Positions 25,733 to 39,890 of a stretch of 64,000 bases of DNA are shown here, in pieces. The translations under genes were made by a program, and so were the position numbers. Each line of letters begins with the position of its first letter. The first letter of the stretch is position 1. The notes below the pieces were generated by a model. The model ran no database searches and was not told the DNA's origin. It saw only the letters and a program-made list of their open reading frames with translations. The DNA is from Eledone cirrhosa (Eukaryota): assembly GCA_964016885.1 (NCBI GenBank), contig OZ024744.1, forward strand, positions 90,892,001 through 90,956,000, in the 5' to 3' direction.

Positions 25733-26309
25733 CACATATATACATATATATACACACACACATGAGCAAGGCATAGTCATCTGACCTGGCATTGCTCACA
25801 ACAGGATAACTCATCTAACCCATTCCAGCAGCCTGGAAACATGGATGTTAAGCAGTGACGATGATGTTGATACATACATACACACACACCCTCACATATA
25901 TGAATGAACCCTTGAGTTGTGTCTAGGTAAATGACAACCTCCCTTTACAGGTTTCTTAACTCTTTAGCATTTACATTACTCGATATATACTATTGTATTT
26001 TCACAGTAGAGGCTTTATCTCTCATAGTATTATAATGGTTTTAATTATCCCTATTTAATCCTTTAGTATTCACATTCCTCTATATATACTATTATATTTT
26101 CATGGTAAAGGCTTTACCTTGCATAATTATCTCACATAATATCGAATCTATGAGATTTTGATATTATTTATTTTGAGAACAATACCTTAACATCTGTGAC
26201 CAGTTACAGCCAGTTCAGAAAGAAGTGAGAGAATTCTGGCCGGATACAACCGGTTTAAATGTTAAAGGGTTAATGATTATATGCAAAAATATTCTTGCTT
26301 TCATATAAC

Positions 26310-26753
26310 ACATAGAAGTGGAATTGAGACCCTCTGTGACGCCTATAAAAAAAATATGGGCTGTCGGATGTTGTTTAACACACACAATATAAACTTCCTA
26401 CATTCTCATCTTTCTACAAGATCACATCATAGCAGAGTCAGAGTGAGAGTTAGTAAGCAACGAGCAAAGAAAATGATTCCATAGTGATATTCTGATATTT
26501 GTGGAATGGAAACACGACACCGTGGATCCTGGAATGAAGGCATGATGGCTGACTATTGTCGGATTGGCTATAATATCATCACGACCCAGACAATGTTTAC
26601 CAGAGTAAATTGTATTCACAGCGCTTTTAAAATCAACCAAGTATTATGTATATTGTTCAATTATATGTGTATCTAATTGAATCTATGATTAGAAAATAAA
26701 TAAATAAAGGTTAAAATAAAGGTTATGTATGAATTAATCATGTGTACACTGTG
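26310..26753 (+). pseudogene. Degenerate CMC-superfamily (Chapaev3-like) transposase 3' fragment
   Basis: YKKNMGCRM...NFLHSHL then, after frameshifts, RFHSDI..METRHRGSWNEGMMADYC. This matches the GCxMSLKxHFLHSHL..GERFHQDI..ME.RYQG.W..MMADYCW motif. Family name is from memory. Confidence 0.55.
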
Positions 26754-27288
26754 TTTTCAGTTGAAGCAATAAACGAATTTTATGTAAAATGTTATTTAAT
26801 CACCTTACATCTTTATCTTTTTGTTTTGTTTTTTGTTGTATTTTTTTTTTTTTTTAAGCATATTTCTAATGAAATATACTGCAAACATATTTCAATTAAT
26901 TTTGAAACTAGTAAAAAAAGAAAAAAAATATATTTGAGATATTTTAAGTAAAATAAATTTTTCATAATTAAATTGATGTTTAAAAATGTCTTACATAAAT
27001 AATAAGGCTTTATTTAATGTAACAAACATTTTAAAATGGGTAGTTTTATATCAAAAACAGACACAATTTCAGGCAGGTTAGTATGAAAAAAAAAAAGGTG
27101 TGGGTGGTTATGGTATTGATGAATTTGACAAAAATAATAAACAACTATCAAATTTCGTAAGGGGGGGAAACAAAATATAAAAAAAAACAAGCTAGCCATT
27201 GTCTAGAAAAAAAGTAAGTAGTCCACCAAAATTCATTTAGCAATGGCTAACTTTAAGTTTATTTTGTTGACCAGTATAATCAGTTTAT

Positions 27289-27336
<48 letters not shown>

Positions 27337-27532
27337 TCTGTTTTTCTTTCCCTTCCTTCTTTTTCCTGCCACACTTTCTATTTCCTCCTTCCCCACCATT
27401 TCCTGTCTCTTCCCTCCACCACCACCACCTCAACCTCGCCACCTCCTCCTCCACCACCACCGTAACCTTCTAATTAGTAAATGATCTTAACAAAAACAGA
27501 TTAACCCTTTTATCAATCTGATGAGATGTTGT

Positions 27533-27576
<44 letters not shown>

Positions 27577-27743
27577 ATGAATGAATGAATAACTCTTGAC
27601 TGCCTATTGTAATATTAGAATGTGTGTGAGGTGGGGGGTGATTGGAGAGAGAGAAGGGGAGGGGGTTGGTTTCAGACATCTTAAATTAATGGATGTGTTT
27701 GAAACTAAACCCTCATCTTTGGATGAGTACAAGGGGCATAAGT

Positions 27744-28385
<642 letters not shown>

Positions 28386-28462
28386 AGGTAGCAGAATGGT
28401 ATTCTGTAACTATATTGTACACTGTGTGTCCAGGTAGTAATTACCCATGGGATGTTGCATCA

Positions 28463-29882
28463 TGGTGGTGGTGATAATGGTGATTGTTGGTAGTGGTGGT
28501 GGTGGTGGTGGTGGTGGTGGTAATGGTGATTGTGGTAGTGGTGGTGGAGGTGGTGGTGGTGATAGTGATGGTAATGGTGATTGTGGTAGTGGAGGTGGTG
28601 GTGGTGGTGATAGTGATGGTGGTGGTAATGGTGATTGTGGTAGTGGAGGTGGTGGTGGTGGTGGTGGTGGTGGTGGTGGTGGTAATGGTGATTGTGGTAG
28701 TGGTGGTGGAGGTGGTGGTGGTGATAGTGATGGTAATGGTGATTGTGGTAGTGGAGGTGGTGGTGGTGGTGATAGTGATGGTGGTGGTAATGGTGATTGT
28801 GGTGGTGGTGATAGTGGTGGTGGTGGTAATGGTGATTGTGGTAGTGGTGGTGGAGGTGGTGGTGGTGATAGTGATGGTAATGGTGATTGTGGTAGTGGTG
28901 GTGGATGTGGTGGTGATAGTGGTGGTGGTGGTAATGGTGATTGTGGTAGTGGAGGTGGTGGTGGTGGTAATGGTGATTGTGGTAGTGGTGGTGGAGGTGG
29001 TGGTGATAGTGATGGTGGTGGTAATGGTGATTGTGGTGGAGGTGGTGGTGATAGTGGTGGTGATAGTGGTGGTTGTGGTAGTGGTGGTGGAGGTGGTGGT
29101 GGTGGTGGTGATAGTGATGGTGGTGGTAATGGTGATTGTGGTAATGGTGGTTGTGGTAGTGGTGGTGGAGGTGGTGGTGGTGATAGTGGTGGTGGTGATA
29201 ATGGTGATGGTGGTGGTGATAGTGGTGGTGGAGGTAGAGGTTGTGTTGGTGGTGGTGAAAATGGTGGTGGAGGTAGTGGAGGTGGTGGTGGTGATAATGG
29301 TGATTGTGGCAATGGTGGTAGTGATAATAGTGATAATAGTGATGGTGGAGGTGTTGGTGTTGGTGGTGGTGGTGGTGATAATGGTGATTGTGGTGATGGT
29401 GGAGGTGGTGGTAATGGTGATTGTAGTGATGGTGGGGGTGGTGATAATAGTGATTGTGGTGATGGTGGAGGAGGTAGTGATGGTGGTGGAGGTAGTGATG
29501 GTAGTGGTGGTGATAATAGTGATTGTGGTGATGGTGGAGGTGGTGGTAATGGTGATTGTAGTGATGGTGGGGGTGGGGGTGGTGATAATAGTGATTGTGG
29601 TGATGGTGGAGGTCGTGGCGGTGGAGGTCGTGGCGGTGAAGGTAGTGATGGTAGTGGTGGTGATAATGGTGATTGTGGTGAAGGTGGTGGTGGTGGTAAT
29701 GGTGATTGTAGTGATGGTGGGGGTGGTGGTAGTGATAATAGTGATTGTGGTGATGGTGGAGGTTGTGGTGGTGGAGGTAGTGATGGTAGTGGTGGTGATA
29801 ATAGTGATTGTGGTGATGGTGGAGGTTGTGGTGGTGGAGGTAGTGATGGTGATAATGGTGATAATGGTGGTGATAATGGTGA
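28463..29882. repeat. 1.4-kb (GGT)n-derived higher-order low-complexity repeat
   Basis: Recurrent GGTAATGGTGATTGTGGTAGT and GATAGTGAT modules in a GGT background; open in several frames on both strands. Confidence 0.85.
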
Positions 29883-30576
29883 AAAATTTTTTTTTTATAA
29901 AAATCCAAGACAGGTAAAAATTAGCAGAGTTGATACAACAGCATAAGACAATAAAATGCCTACTTTGTGGCTGTTGCTACCAGCTCTTTGTATTCTGAGA
30001 TCAAATCATGTTAGGGCCTATTTCTTAGCCAGGTGATTTGGTGGGTAGTGGAAGAGTGGGGGATTGGGGGGGGGGGGGGGGATTTGTATCCATTGTCCAG
30101 TTTTAACACCAGCATTTGACTGGTTCTTGGGTGCCTTTATTGGAAGTCACTCAGCTGCAAGTATTTATATTTATATCAGGACTGTGGCTTGAAGATAATG
30201 ACCCCCACCCCCTCCTATCTAGCCCCTCCCCCTCCTGACACCAACACCACCACACACACTCCCCCCCCCCCCCCCCAAAAGGGGTATAGGATATTACCCT
30301 CCCATCCCTCCATGACAAAACAGTAAAAATGTTATCTTTAATAAAATATATATGTATATATATATATACATATATATATATACATATGTATATATATATA
30401 TAGAAATTACATGAATCAAAGTTCTGTTCAAATCATTTATTCGCTTACAATTGTTTCTTCCAAACCAAGGTTTGGAGTCTTCAATGATTGTTTACATACA
30501 TGACCTCCTTTCCAACACAAGAGACATACATTCGTATATATATATACATATGTATATTTATATATATATACGAATG

Positions 30577-30663
<87 letters not shown>

Positions 30664-30673
30664 GTATATATAT

Positions 30674-31266
30674 ATATTCATTAGTTAAGCAAAACAAGAC
30701 CACAAACTTCACAAGGAAGACATTATTAAAGGATTGTCAACATATTTTAGTTTGATGTAAGGAATGTAGAGAATAATAATAATAATATTAATAATAATTG
30801 TTTCTACTTTAGGCACAAGGCCAGCAATTACCCAGTGCATTACTGGTACTTTATTTTATCGACCCCGTAAGGATGAAAGGCAAAGTCAACCTCGGCGGGA
30901 TTTGAACTCAGACCATAAAGGGACGTAACTATGCTGGAAAGCATGGCGTCAGACCTTCTACCGATACTGCCAAATGTCCGTTTACAATTGTTTCGCTACT
31001 CCATATAATATTTCTGGATCAGATGACTATATATCATAATTGATCTGGTTCAGTTGAAAACTGAACCAGATCAATTATGATATATAGTCATCTGATCCAG
31101 AAATATTATATGGAGTAGCGAAACAATTGTAAACGGACATTATTATTATTAATATTATTATTATTATTCTCTACATTCCTTACATCAAACTAAAATATGT
31201 TGACAATCCTTTAATAATCTCTTCCTTGTGAAGTTTGTGGTCTTGTTTTGCTTAACTAATGAATAT
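30674..31266. mobile_element. Near-perfect ~205-bp-arm palindrome (PLE-like), with a SINE later inserted in the left arm
   Basis: Centre CAGTT-GAA-AACTG at ~31057; arms almost identical apart from the SINE at 30798-30972; contains CTGA-TCCA..TGGA-GTAGC-GAAAC-AATT-GTA. Confidence 0.75.
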
Positions 31267-31548
31267 TTCCAGCTCTGAGCACCTAACTTCTGCATGAACC
31301 CAGCCACCTAGCTGCTTTCTACTGCATATTGCACATTGAGCACATGCCTTTACGCTTTGGCTTCTAACTAACTCACCAATCTCTCCTCTCATATCTCCTC
31401 TACTATCTCCATCTCTCTCTTTAAGATTGGTTACTCTTGAACTGTGTATGTATATATATATATATATATATCATACATATGTATATATACATATACATAT
31501 ATATATATACATACACATATCATATATATATACATACACATATATATA

Positions 31549-32837
31549 CAGGGTGTGGACGATATTTGTTCGCAATTTTCAACTGCTAATTTTATGCAAA
31601 TTTTTTTTACTTCCGTTGTCACTCTTGTCTTCATAAAAACAGTGACTATATTTCCATTATTTATTTTCAAAATAATTAATTATGAATAATTTTGAACCTC
31701 CAAATTTGTGGAAGAGACACAGAGTTCTTCTTGGAATCTGCACCGGGAGGACAAATAAGGAAATTTCAGACTTTCTCAGCGTCAGCAGAATGGTGGAAAA
31801 GGTCAGAAAGGAATTGGAAGATTCAGGATTCGACTACGAAGCAACATCAGAGAGGAAAACACATGATCGACAATCTGACACCTTCAGAACGCCCGAGTTC
31901 GTCGCTGAAGTTCAGGATATCATCAACAATGAACCTAGCAAGTCGATGCATGCCATTGCAAGGGAGAAAGGCGTGGATGAAAAGCACATTAGGCTGGTGG
32001 TACATGAAGACATTCACTACGTTTCATACAAGATGAGGAAAGAACAATTTCTGTCAAAGGCGATGCAAAAAAAGTGACTGAAGCACTCAAAGAAGCTGAT
32101 CTACAAGTTGAAACACCCACTGGAGCCAGACATGCTGTGGTTTTTCTCCGACAAGAAAAACTTCTGCCAAGACCAGAAGATCAACTCACAGAACAACAGG
32201 TGGCTCGCTGTCTCATCCAAAGACATGCCCAGAGTCATGCAGACAAAGTTTCCAGCGACAACATTGGTCTTAGGTGTCGTCAGCAGTCAAGGTGACGTCA
32301 TGCCACCTCACTACTTTCCTGAGGGCCTCAAGCTGAACACAGATGGCAACATCCGCGTTCTGAGCGAGGTAGTAAAGCCCTGGATCGACCAGGTAGCTGC
32401 AGGTAGGCCGTATGTGTGGCAACAAGACTCAGCGCCCTGCCATACCAGCCGATAGACCCAAGCCTGGTTGTCAGAGAACTTCGTTGACCACATTTCACCT
32501 GACATCTGGCCTCCTAGCTCGCCTGACTACAACCCCCCTCCCCACCGACGTCTTTGTGTAGGGCGCAGATCTAGCTGCAATACGAAAGACGATCTGAAGG
32601 CCAGGATCACAAGTGGCTTTAGGGGCCTAAGTTGGGGGACAGTGATGAAGGCCTGTAGCCAGTTCCGAGGCCGCCTTGAGGCCGTCATCAAAGCCAATGG
32701 TGGGTTTATTGAGTGAGATCGAAAGAACAAGTCATGAAGACAAACTGACCCAAGTTTGATAAATATATCTTAAAAAATAAAACTACTGTCTTATTTTTTC
32801 CTAGACAGTAAACTTGCGAACAAATATCGTCCGCACC
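31549..32837 (+). mobile_element. Full-length but disrupted DD37D (maT/Bmmar1-like) Tc1/mariner element
   Basis: TIRs CAGGGTG(T/C)GGACGATATTTGTTCGCAA in TA tracts. Transposase pieces WFFSDKKNF, YVWQQDSAPCHT and WPPSSPDYNP are split by frameshifts and stops. Confidence 0.9.
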
Positions 32838-32873
32838 ATATACATATATATACATACACACATATATATATAT

Positions 32874-32914
<41 letters not shown>

Positions 32915-32973
32915 CATAAACACACACACACATATATATATACATACACACACACACATATATATATACATAC

Positions 32974-33021
<48 letters not shown>

Positions 33022-33041
33022 ATATATATATAGATACACAC

Positions 33042-33072
<31 letters not shown>

Positions 33073-33102
33073 CATACATACATACACATATATATATATA
33101 TA

Positions 33103-33372
33103 TAGAAGTGGTTACACAAGAGTTAGTTTACCATACTGAGAACAATTGTTTCACCTTAGCGGATCCTCAGCTCGTAATGGTTATGGTTATACGGAATAGG
33201 AAGGACAACCTGTTGTTCTTCCTATTCCGTATAACCATGACAATTATGAGCTGAGGATCCGCTAAGGTGAAACAATTGTTCTCGGTATGGTGAACTAACT
33301 GTTGTGTAACCACTTCTACCTAACTCGTCCCATGGACTGAGTAATCTACCACTACGGATATTACCTTCCAGT

Positions 33373-33373
<1 letters not shown>
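33103..33373. mobile_element. Fold-back repeat (~105-bp arms) with a minimal hammerhead in each arm, plus a tail
   Basis: Arms 33103-33208 and 33213-33318. Plus 33248-33283 reads GAG-CTGAGGA-TCCGCTAAGGT-GAAAC-AATT-GTT-CTC; the mirror copy is at 33138-33173 on the minus strand. Confidence 0.75.
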
Positions 33374-33442
<69 letters not shown>

Positions 33443-33924
33443 AATATATATATAAATATATATATATATATAAATTTAGCGAGAATCGCATTTCGGCGAG
33501 TAGAAATTGGCGAAACGCAACTTCTGTGTTGTGCAGACAAGCGCTCCATGGATATGAAGATTCCAGAGCTATAAACATAAGTTAAAATGGTCATACAAAC
33601 GGAGACGATGGTTAACAACCCATTAACCACCTTAGCCAAAAAAGCGAACAAGCTAAACAGGTCAAACAAAATAAGATATGATTGAAATAGTTACCCGGAC
33701 CCTCGGGGGGAAGATGGAATACTCCGATATTTGGGTTTCTGCAACACCTAAATCAATAATACTGTCTGCTTATAAAAAATAAATAAGCTTTTTGTATAAT
33801 GATCGACCAAGGCATCACTTTCTCAACAGGTTTTTGTTCTTCGTGCGCCAGAATCTCACAGGTTATGAAACCACATGTGAGGTTAGGTTTGTTGGTTCAC
33901 CACTGGATAGAACTGGTCACTTAC

Positions 33925-33981
33925 AACACCAGTCCAGCCTCCTGTTATTTTATAATATATATAAATGGTGTATTTGAATTC
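33925..33981 (-). CDS. Candidate upstream exon of the host gene
   Basis: TACTAAC branch point, CCAAG acceptor and strong GTAAGT donor. 57 nt, phase 0/0, EFKYTIYIYYKITGGWTGV, joining in frame to EPYIRM. Lacks a polypyrimidine tract, and no start exon was identified. Confidence 0.35.
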
Positions 33982-34530
33982 CTTGGATGTAGTTAGTAGC
34001 CGAACCCAAACCAACCCAACCCAACCCAACAAAGAATTTGTCTATATCATACATAATGCGATTCAAATGAAGTGAATGTTTGTTCAATGCAGTTAGCAAT
34101 GACAGCACTTTAAAAAAGTGCTGTAGTATAGTTCAAATAGCATATGTCAGTAGGGCTAGATGCTGTGATAGCTTGCAATGAATATGTAGTTGTAGGGAGA
34201 GTGAAATTGTTTTGTTTTGTTTTGTTTTTTTTTGTTGTTATTTTCCTGGTTGTTGAAATAGCCTTGCTGAAGACTGCTTCGAATAATCGATAATACTGGG
34301 GCAATGGAATTAATGTTTAGATGTGTCCTTTAGATGTGTTCAGGATGAAGGAACACATACTGTTTAAAATATAGTGAGGTGTTGTAGTCATTATGTGAAC
34401 TGGGCGTAGTGGTATGTATGTGGTGAAGTGAGTGACATTGGTTACGTGTGGTGAAGTGAGTGACATTGGTTATGTGTGGTGTAGTGTGATGGTTGTTATA
34501 TGTATGTGGTGTAGTGTGTGGCTGTTGTAA

Positions 34531-37500
34531 TAAGAGATTTGTCCCAAAAGTAAGGGTACTGATTTTCCTATGTATGACAAGATAACGAAGCACTTCATTG
34601 ATGTATAGAGGTGTGTTAGTTATGACCTTGGCTGCACATATATACTTGTTTCAACATGATCGATTGAGTCGGCCATGAGGTATTGCTGTTTATATATGAG
34701 AGTGAATTGATCTAGATGAAATGCAGTTTGGGTTTGTGTCAGGTAAAAGTACCACAGACGCTCTTTTCCTTGTACGACAACTACAGGAGAAGTACCTAGC
34801 TAAAAGTAAACCCCTCTACTTAGCTTTTGTAGACCTAGAGAAAGCCTTTGACAGAGTCCCCCGCTCCATTATCTGGTGGGCTCTTAGAAAACTAAGTGTA
34901 GATGAATGGTTTGTGAGAGCTATACAAGCCATGTATAAAGAAACAGTCAGTAAGGTTAGAATTAACAATGAATATAATGAAGAATTTAGTGTAAAAGTTG
35001 GTGTTCATCAAGGCTCTGTCCATAACTCCCTCCTATTTATTATTGCCCTTCGGGCTATAACAGAGGAGTTCAAGACCGGCTGTCCATGGGAACTTCTATA
35101 TGCTGATGATCTAATGGTCATAGCTGAATCAATGTCTGAACTAGAGAAGAAATTCCAAACATGGAAGCATGGCCTAGAATCAAAAGGCCTTAAAGTTAAC
35201 TTGTCTAAGACTAAAGTTCTAGTTTGTAGAAAGGAAAATAAGGCACAGGTGCCCTCAGGGAAATGGCGATGCTCAGTGTGTAGGAAAGGAGTAGGTAGAA
35301 ATTCCATTTTATGTCCCAAATGCAAAGTATGGGTACATAAAAGATGTAGTGAGATCACAGGTAAACTATCTAAGAACGTAGACTTTATATGTGGCCAATG
35401 CTCAGGTGCAATAAGTAGCAAGTGTCCAAAGGATACTAGCTCCTTCTATTGCCCAGATGGTTCTGTAGAAATAGTGGACACTTTCCGTTACCTGTACCTG
35501 AAAGTACAGTAGCCAGAGTCAGAACGGGATGGAAAAATGTTCAGAGAGCTTATACCGCTGTTGGCCACAAAAGGTTTCTCTCTAAAAATTAAAGGCAGAT
35601 TGTTTGATGCCTGTATACGAACAGCAATGCTACATGGCAGTGAGACATGGGCATTGCGTGCAGAGGACCTGCGTAGACTGGAAAGGAATGAAGCATGCAT
35701 GCTCCATTGGATGTATAATAGTAATATAGGTGAACGGCAAAGCATAAGTGAACTAAGTGAGAAATTAGGAATAAGAGGGATCAGATGCTGTTTACTCGAG
35801 AGAAGACTACGTTGGTATGGCCACGTGATGCGCATGAAAGACGACAGTTGTATAAAAAAATTTAGGGCGATCAAAATTGATGGTAGTTACGGAGTAGGTA
35901 GACCCAGAAAAACCTGGGACGATCTGATAAATTCCGACCTTACACACTTACACCTCTCCAAGACAATGTCACTGGACCAAGATCTTTGGCGCTATGACGT
36001 AATACAGAAGACCCGCCTTGCTATGTACAAAGCGAAAGCTACAGTCAGTAGGCACCTCTTAATCAAATATACACCCCCATCCACTACCCCTACCCTATCC
36101 TCCCACTCCCACCAACCTCTCTCTGTAAAGTTGGTACCACAACGTCCAGTCCAAATAAATGAGATAATGAGATCGAGATTGTGTAGGTGTCACGACAAAA
36201 AAGCACAGTCCACACTGTAATGTGGCCGTGTAGGTAACACGGTAAAAAGTTCCCAGTTTGACACTGTAAATGTGGTTGGTGTTAGGAAAGGCATCCAGCC
36301 GAAGAAAACCTGCCAGATAGTCCTATATGAGCGAGACACGGTCACCCGACCAACCTTGCCTCAAGTGGGACAACTCTTATCTAACCCTTGCTAGCATGGA
36401 AGATGGACGTTAAACGAAGATGATGATGTTGATGATGTATTTAACCTCTGTTATGTTTGCGATGCAGGAAAATATTGAATTTTGTGTAAAACTCAATAAA
36501 TCTGCTACTGAAACATTTAATTCTTTAACACAAGCTTATGGAGGTGCCAGTGTATCAAGAAGTAAGGTTTTTTAAACGGCACAAAGCTTTCAAAGAGGGC
36601 CAAGAAAATGATGAAGATGAACCTCATTCTGGAAGGCCAATCCTGTCAACGAATGAACAAAATGTGGAAGTGGTGTGAGCAGTGATGGTGAAAGCTCGTT
36701 GATTAAGTGTTGGGATGATTGCAGAAGAAACGGACTTGGATAAAAATTAAAAATGCAGTTCAGATCATTTGTACATTCAAAAAAATTGTGCAAACACTTG
36801 TCTGTGGAGCAAAAAGTGAACTGGTTGGAATTCAACAGGATTTGCTAAGCAAGACTCGAAATTGACCCATATTTCTTGAATAAAGTAATAACAGGAGATC
36901 AATCAAGGGTGTCCGACTTTGATCCAGAGACAAAATGGCAAAAAATTCTCATTGTCCAAAGAAAACACACATAAGTAGATCCAGGGTAAAAGTGATAATT
37001 TCTATTTTTTTAATTTTTTTTTTTATTCCCGACAGCCATGGTATTGTTCACAAAGAATTATAACCACCAGTACAGACATTTAATCACACCTTCTATAACG
37101 ATGTCTTGGAAACAACTTCAAAAATGAGTTCAGAGAGTCCGAAAGGACATTGCAGGAGATTGGGTACTGCAACATGATATTTGTGCCTGCTCACACAGGA
37201 CTTTCAATTAGAGAATTTCTTGTGAAGAAAAACATTTGCACTCTTTCACATCCTCCCTACAACACAAATCTAGCTTTGTGTGATTTCTACCTCTTCCCTA
37301 AGTTTAAATCAAAGATGAAGGGTTACCATTTAGAGATTGTGGAAAACATACAAAAACATACAAAAAAAAACAAACTGTAACCAACAAACTAAGGACACAC
37401 ACAAAGCATGATTTCCGGTATAGTTACGATCAATGGAAAAAACCGTTGGAACTAATGTGTGACTTCCCAAGGGTCATATTTTTAGAAGGAGATAACTTGT

Positions 37501-37572
37501 AATAATTTCATGTATGTCTAATATACATTTAAATAAAACATTAGTACTCTTACTTTTGAGACAAACCTCATA
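34531..37572 (+). mobile_element. Old degenerate mariner element split by an RTE insertion
   Basis: TIR TAAGAGATTTGTCCCAAAAGTAAGGGTACT versus AGTACTCTTACTTTTGAGACAAACCTCATA; remnants PAHTGLSIREFLVKKNI..HPPYNTNLALCDFYLFPK. Confidence 0.8.
34700..36437 (+). mobile_element. 5'-truncated RTE LINE (lineage A)
   Basis: ORFs 34721-35512 and 35537-36220 carry QFGFV.GKSTTDA, YADD, a PHD-like finger and RRLRWYGHV; (GAT)n tail. Confidence 0.9.
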
Positions 37573-37740
37573 TGTATATGTATATATATTATCATCATTG
37601 GTGGTGTATAAACACACACACACACATGCGCACATCCAAACATACACACATACATGTACGGGCACGTGCACACACGATGTTTGTGATAAAATATGAATCT
37701 TTTACAGACATCTTGATTTCCTATTAACAACAACAACAAC

Positions 37741-37818
<78 letters not shown>

Positions 37819-38119
37819 TATAATTGAAAAATTTAATTTAAAACACACCAAAAGGATGACAAGAATAAGACAAAATAAACCAAACTAGGAAGGCAGCAAG
37901 GATGAACATACAGGATAGTGTAAAATTGAGGGTATGGTACATTCCAGAAATATCTTATGATATGTATATTTCTAAAAGCTAAAAAAACATGTGTAGGAAA
38001 TTTAAACTAGAAGATATAATATGGAGAAAAGAAAACCCCTCCCCCACCACAGAGAAACACACAGACACACACATACACACATGCAGTAGTATCATTACTA
38101 CTAATTATAACTCTACTAC

Positions 38120-38207
<88 letters not shown>

Positions 38208-38985
38208 TAGAAAGAAAGAAAGAAAAAGAAAGATGGAAAGAAAGAAAGAGAGGGGGAAATGGAGGGAGGGAGAGAGAGAGATAACGAAAGAAAGAAAGAA
38301 AGAAAGAAAGAAGAGAAGAAAGAAAACATGCCGATGACAGAAAAATCATTTTGGTCTAAGATTTAGAAAGAAAAAGAAGATTTTAACACTTAACATAATG
38401 TAATGATTTATGATTTATCAGAAAATATGTGATGCAGTCATAATGATGTTTTATACTTTTCAAGAATGTCTTGTTAATGTGGTTTGTTCATTCAAATGTT
38501 TATAGTATCTTTACTAGTGGTCAGATTGTTGTGAAAATTTGCACTATTAAATAAAGACTTGAATTTTTAATGTGATGCAATCAGAGTTGTTTTGTATTTT
38601 TTTAAAGAATGTCTTGATGTGTTTAGTGTCTTTACTAGTGGACAGATTGTTGTGAAGATTTGAACTATCATGGTTTCCAGGATCATTACAAATCCCACAA
38701 AGTAATAGCCAATAAGCGGGCAGGTATGTGAAAAGAAAGAGAGAGAAGTGTGAAGATGTACCAAACAACTTTTGGTCAACAATATTGGGCAGTCTCCAGT
38801 AAGAAAGCACAGCAAAAATATTTTGCCAATGTGGCTTAATGACATAATTTTGTAGGATTCTATTTGCCACTCACGATTCTGGGAATGATAGCACTTCACA
38901 GAAGTACTTGCTGCTCTAGTTACTGACACCAAAAGACTCATCTATCTATCTGTCTATCCACTATCACCATTATCATCATGATCAT

Positions 38986-39036
<51 letters not shown>

Positions 39037-39820
39037 ATGTGGTTGGTGTTAGAAAGGAGATCCAACTGTAAAAATGATGCCCAAATTTACAGCTGTGTCT
39101 AAGCAAGGTATAGCGCGGCCAATCTGGCCAGACTTGTCTCATGACATGGATGACTTGTGTGTGTGTGTGTGTGTGCACCCGTAAAAGGGAAGATAACGCA
39201 CACTCTCATCCACACAGACACATACACACTCATATACAATTATGAGAATTACACTGATACATGCATCCTGTAGATGCTGTAAAGTGGTTGGTGACAGGAA
39301 GCGTTTCCAGCTGAAGAAAGCTTGCCTGTCAAACAAAGGCTTGGGAGGATTTTTCAGCTGTGTCAAAGACATGACAGTTTTCCTAGTGTTGGTGATTTAG
39401 ACAATAAAATTTACCCAAAACAGACTATAAAGTAGTTGGTAATAGGGAGAGTATCCAGCCATAGAAAGCTTTCTAAACAAAGAGCCAGGAGGACTCATCA
39501 CCTATGCCAAGAACACGACAACTTCCCTACTGTTGGTGTTGTCATAAGATGCACTTGGTAGAGTATAGGGTTGTATGTCAAGTCCCTGGCCCACCTGGAA
39601 GTTAGTGACTCTGTATAGAGTTCTGATTTGGTCTGTAGTGACATGTCCAACCTTTGCTAGCTAGGAAAATGGAAATTACAAATATATAAGGACCGTGACA
39701 AGTGGAGAGATGCTGTGCTGATATAGGACCCGCCCCACGCTTGCAAGCAGGGAAAAGCAGACATAAAATGATGATGATGATATATATATATATATTTTTT
39801 TTTCATTTTATTTATAACTA

Positions 39821-39890
39821 TTTCATCTGATGAATGAGCCGGACGTTTCTGTAAAAATCGTCTAGTCTCTTGAAACCTTTGGTAATGGAA
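39821..39890 (+). ncRNA. Type I hammerhead ribozyme motif (canonical core)
   Basis: Stem I TTTCAT/ATGGAA; core CTGATGA; extended imperfect stem II (GAG.C.GGACG/CGTCT.G.CTC); GAAA; stem III CC-TTT-GG; cleavage triplet GUA. Confidence 0.72.

Noticed and set aside
28410-29946. 300-500 aa Gly/Pro/His/Val-rich ORFs
   Set aside because: Open in several frames on both strands because (GGT)n lacks stop codons; no exon evidence, so treated as a repeat.
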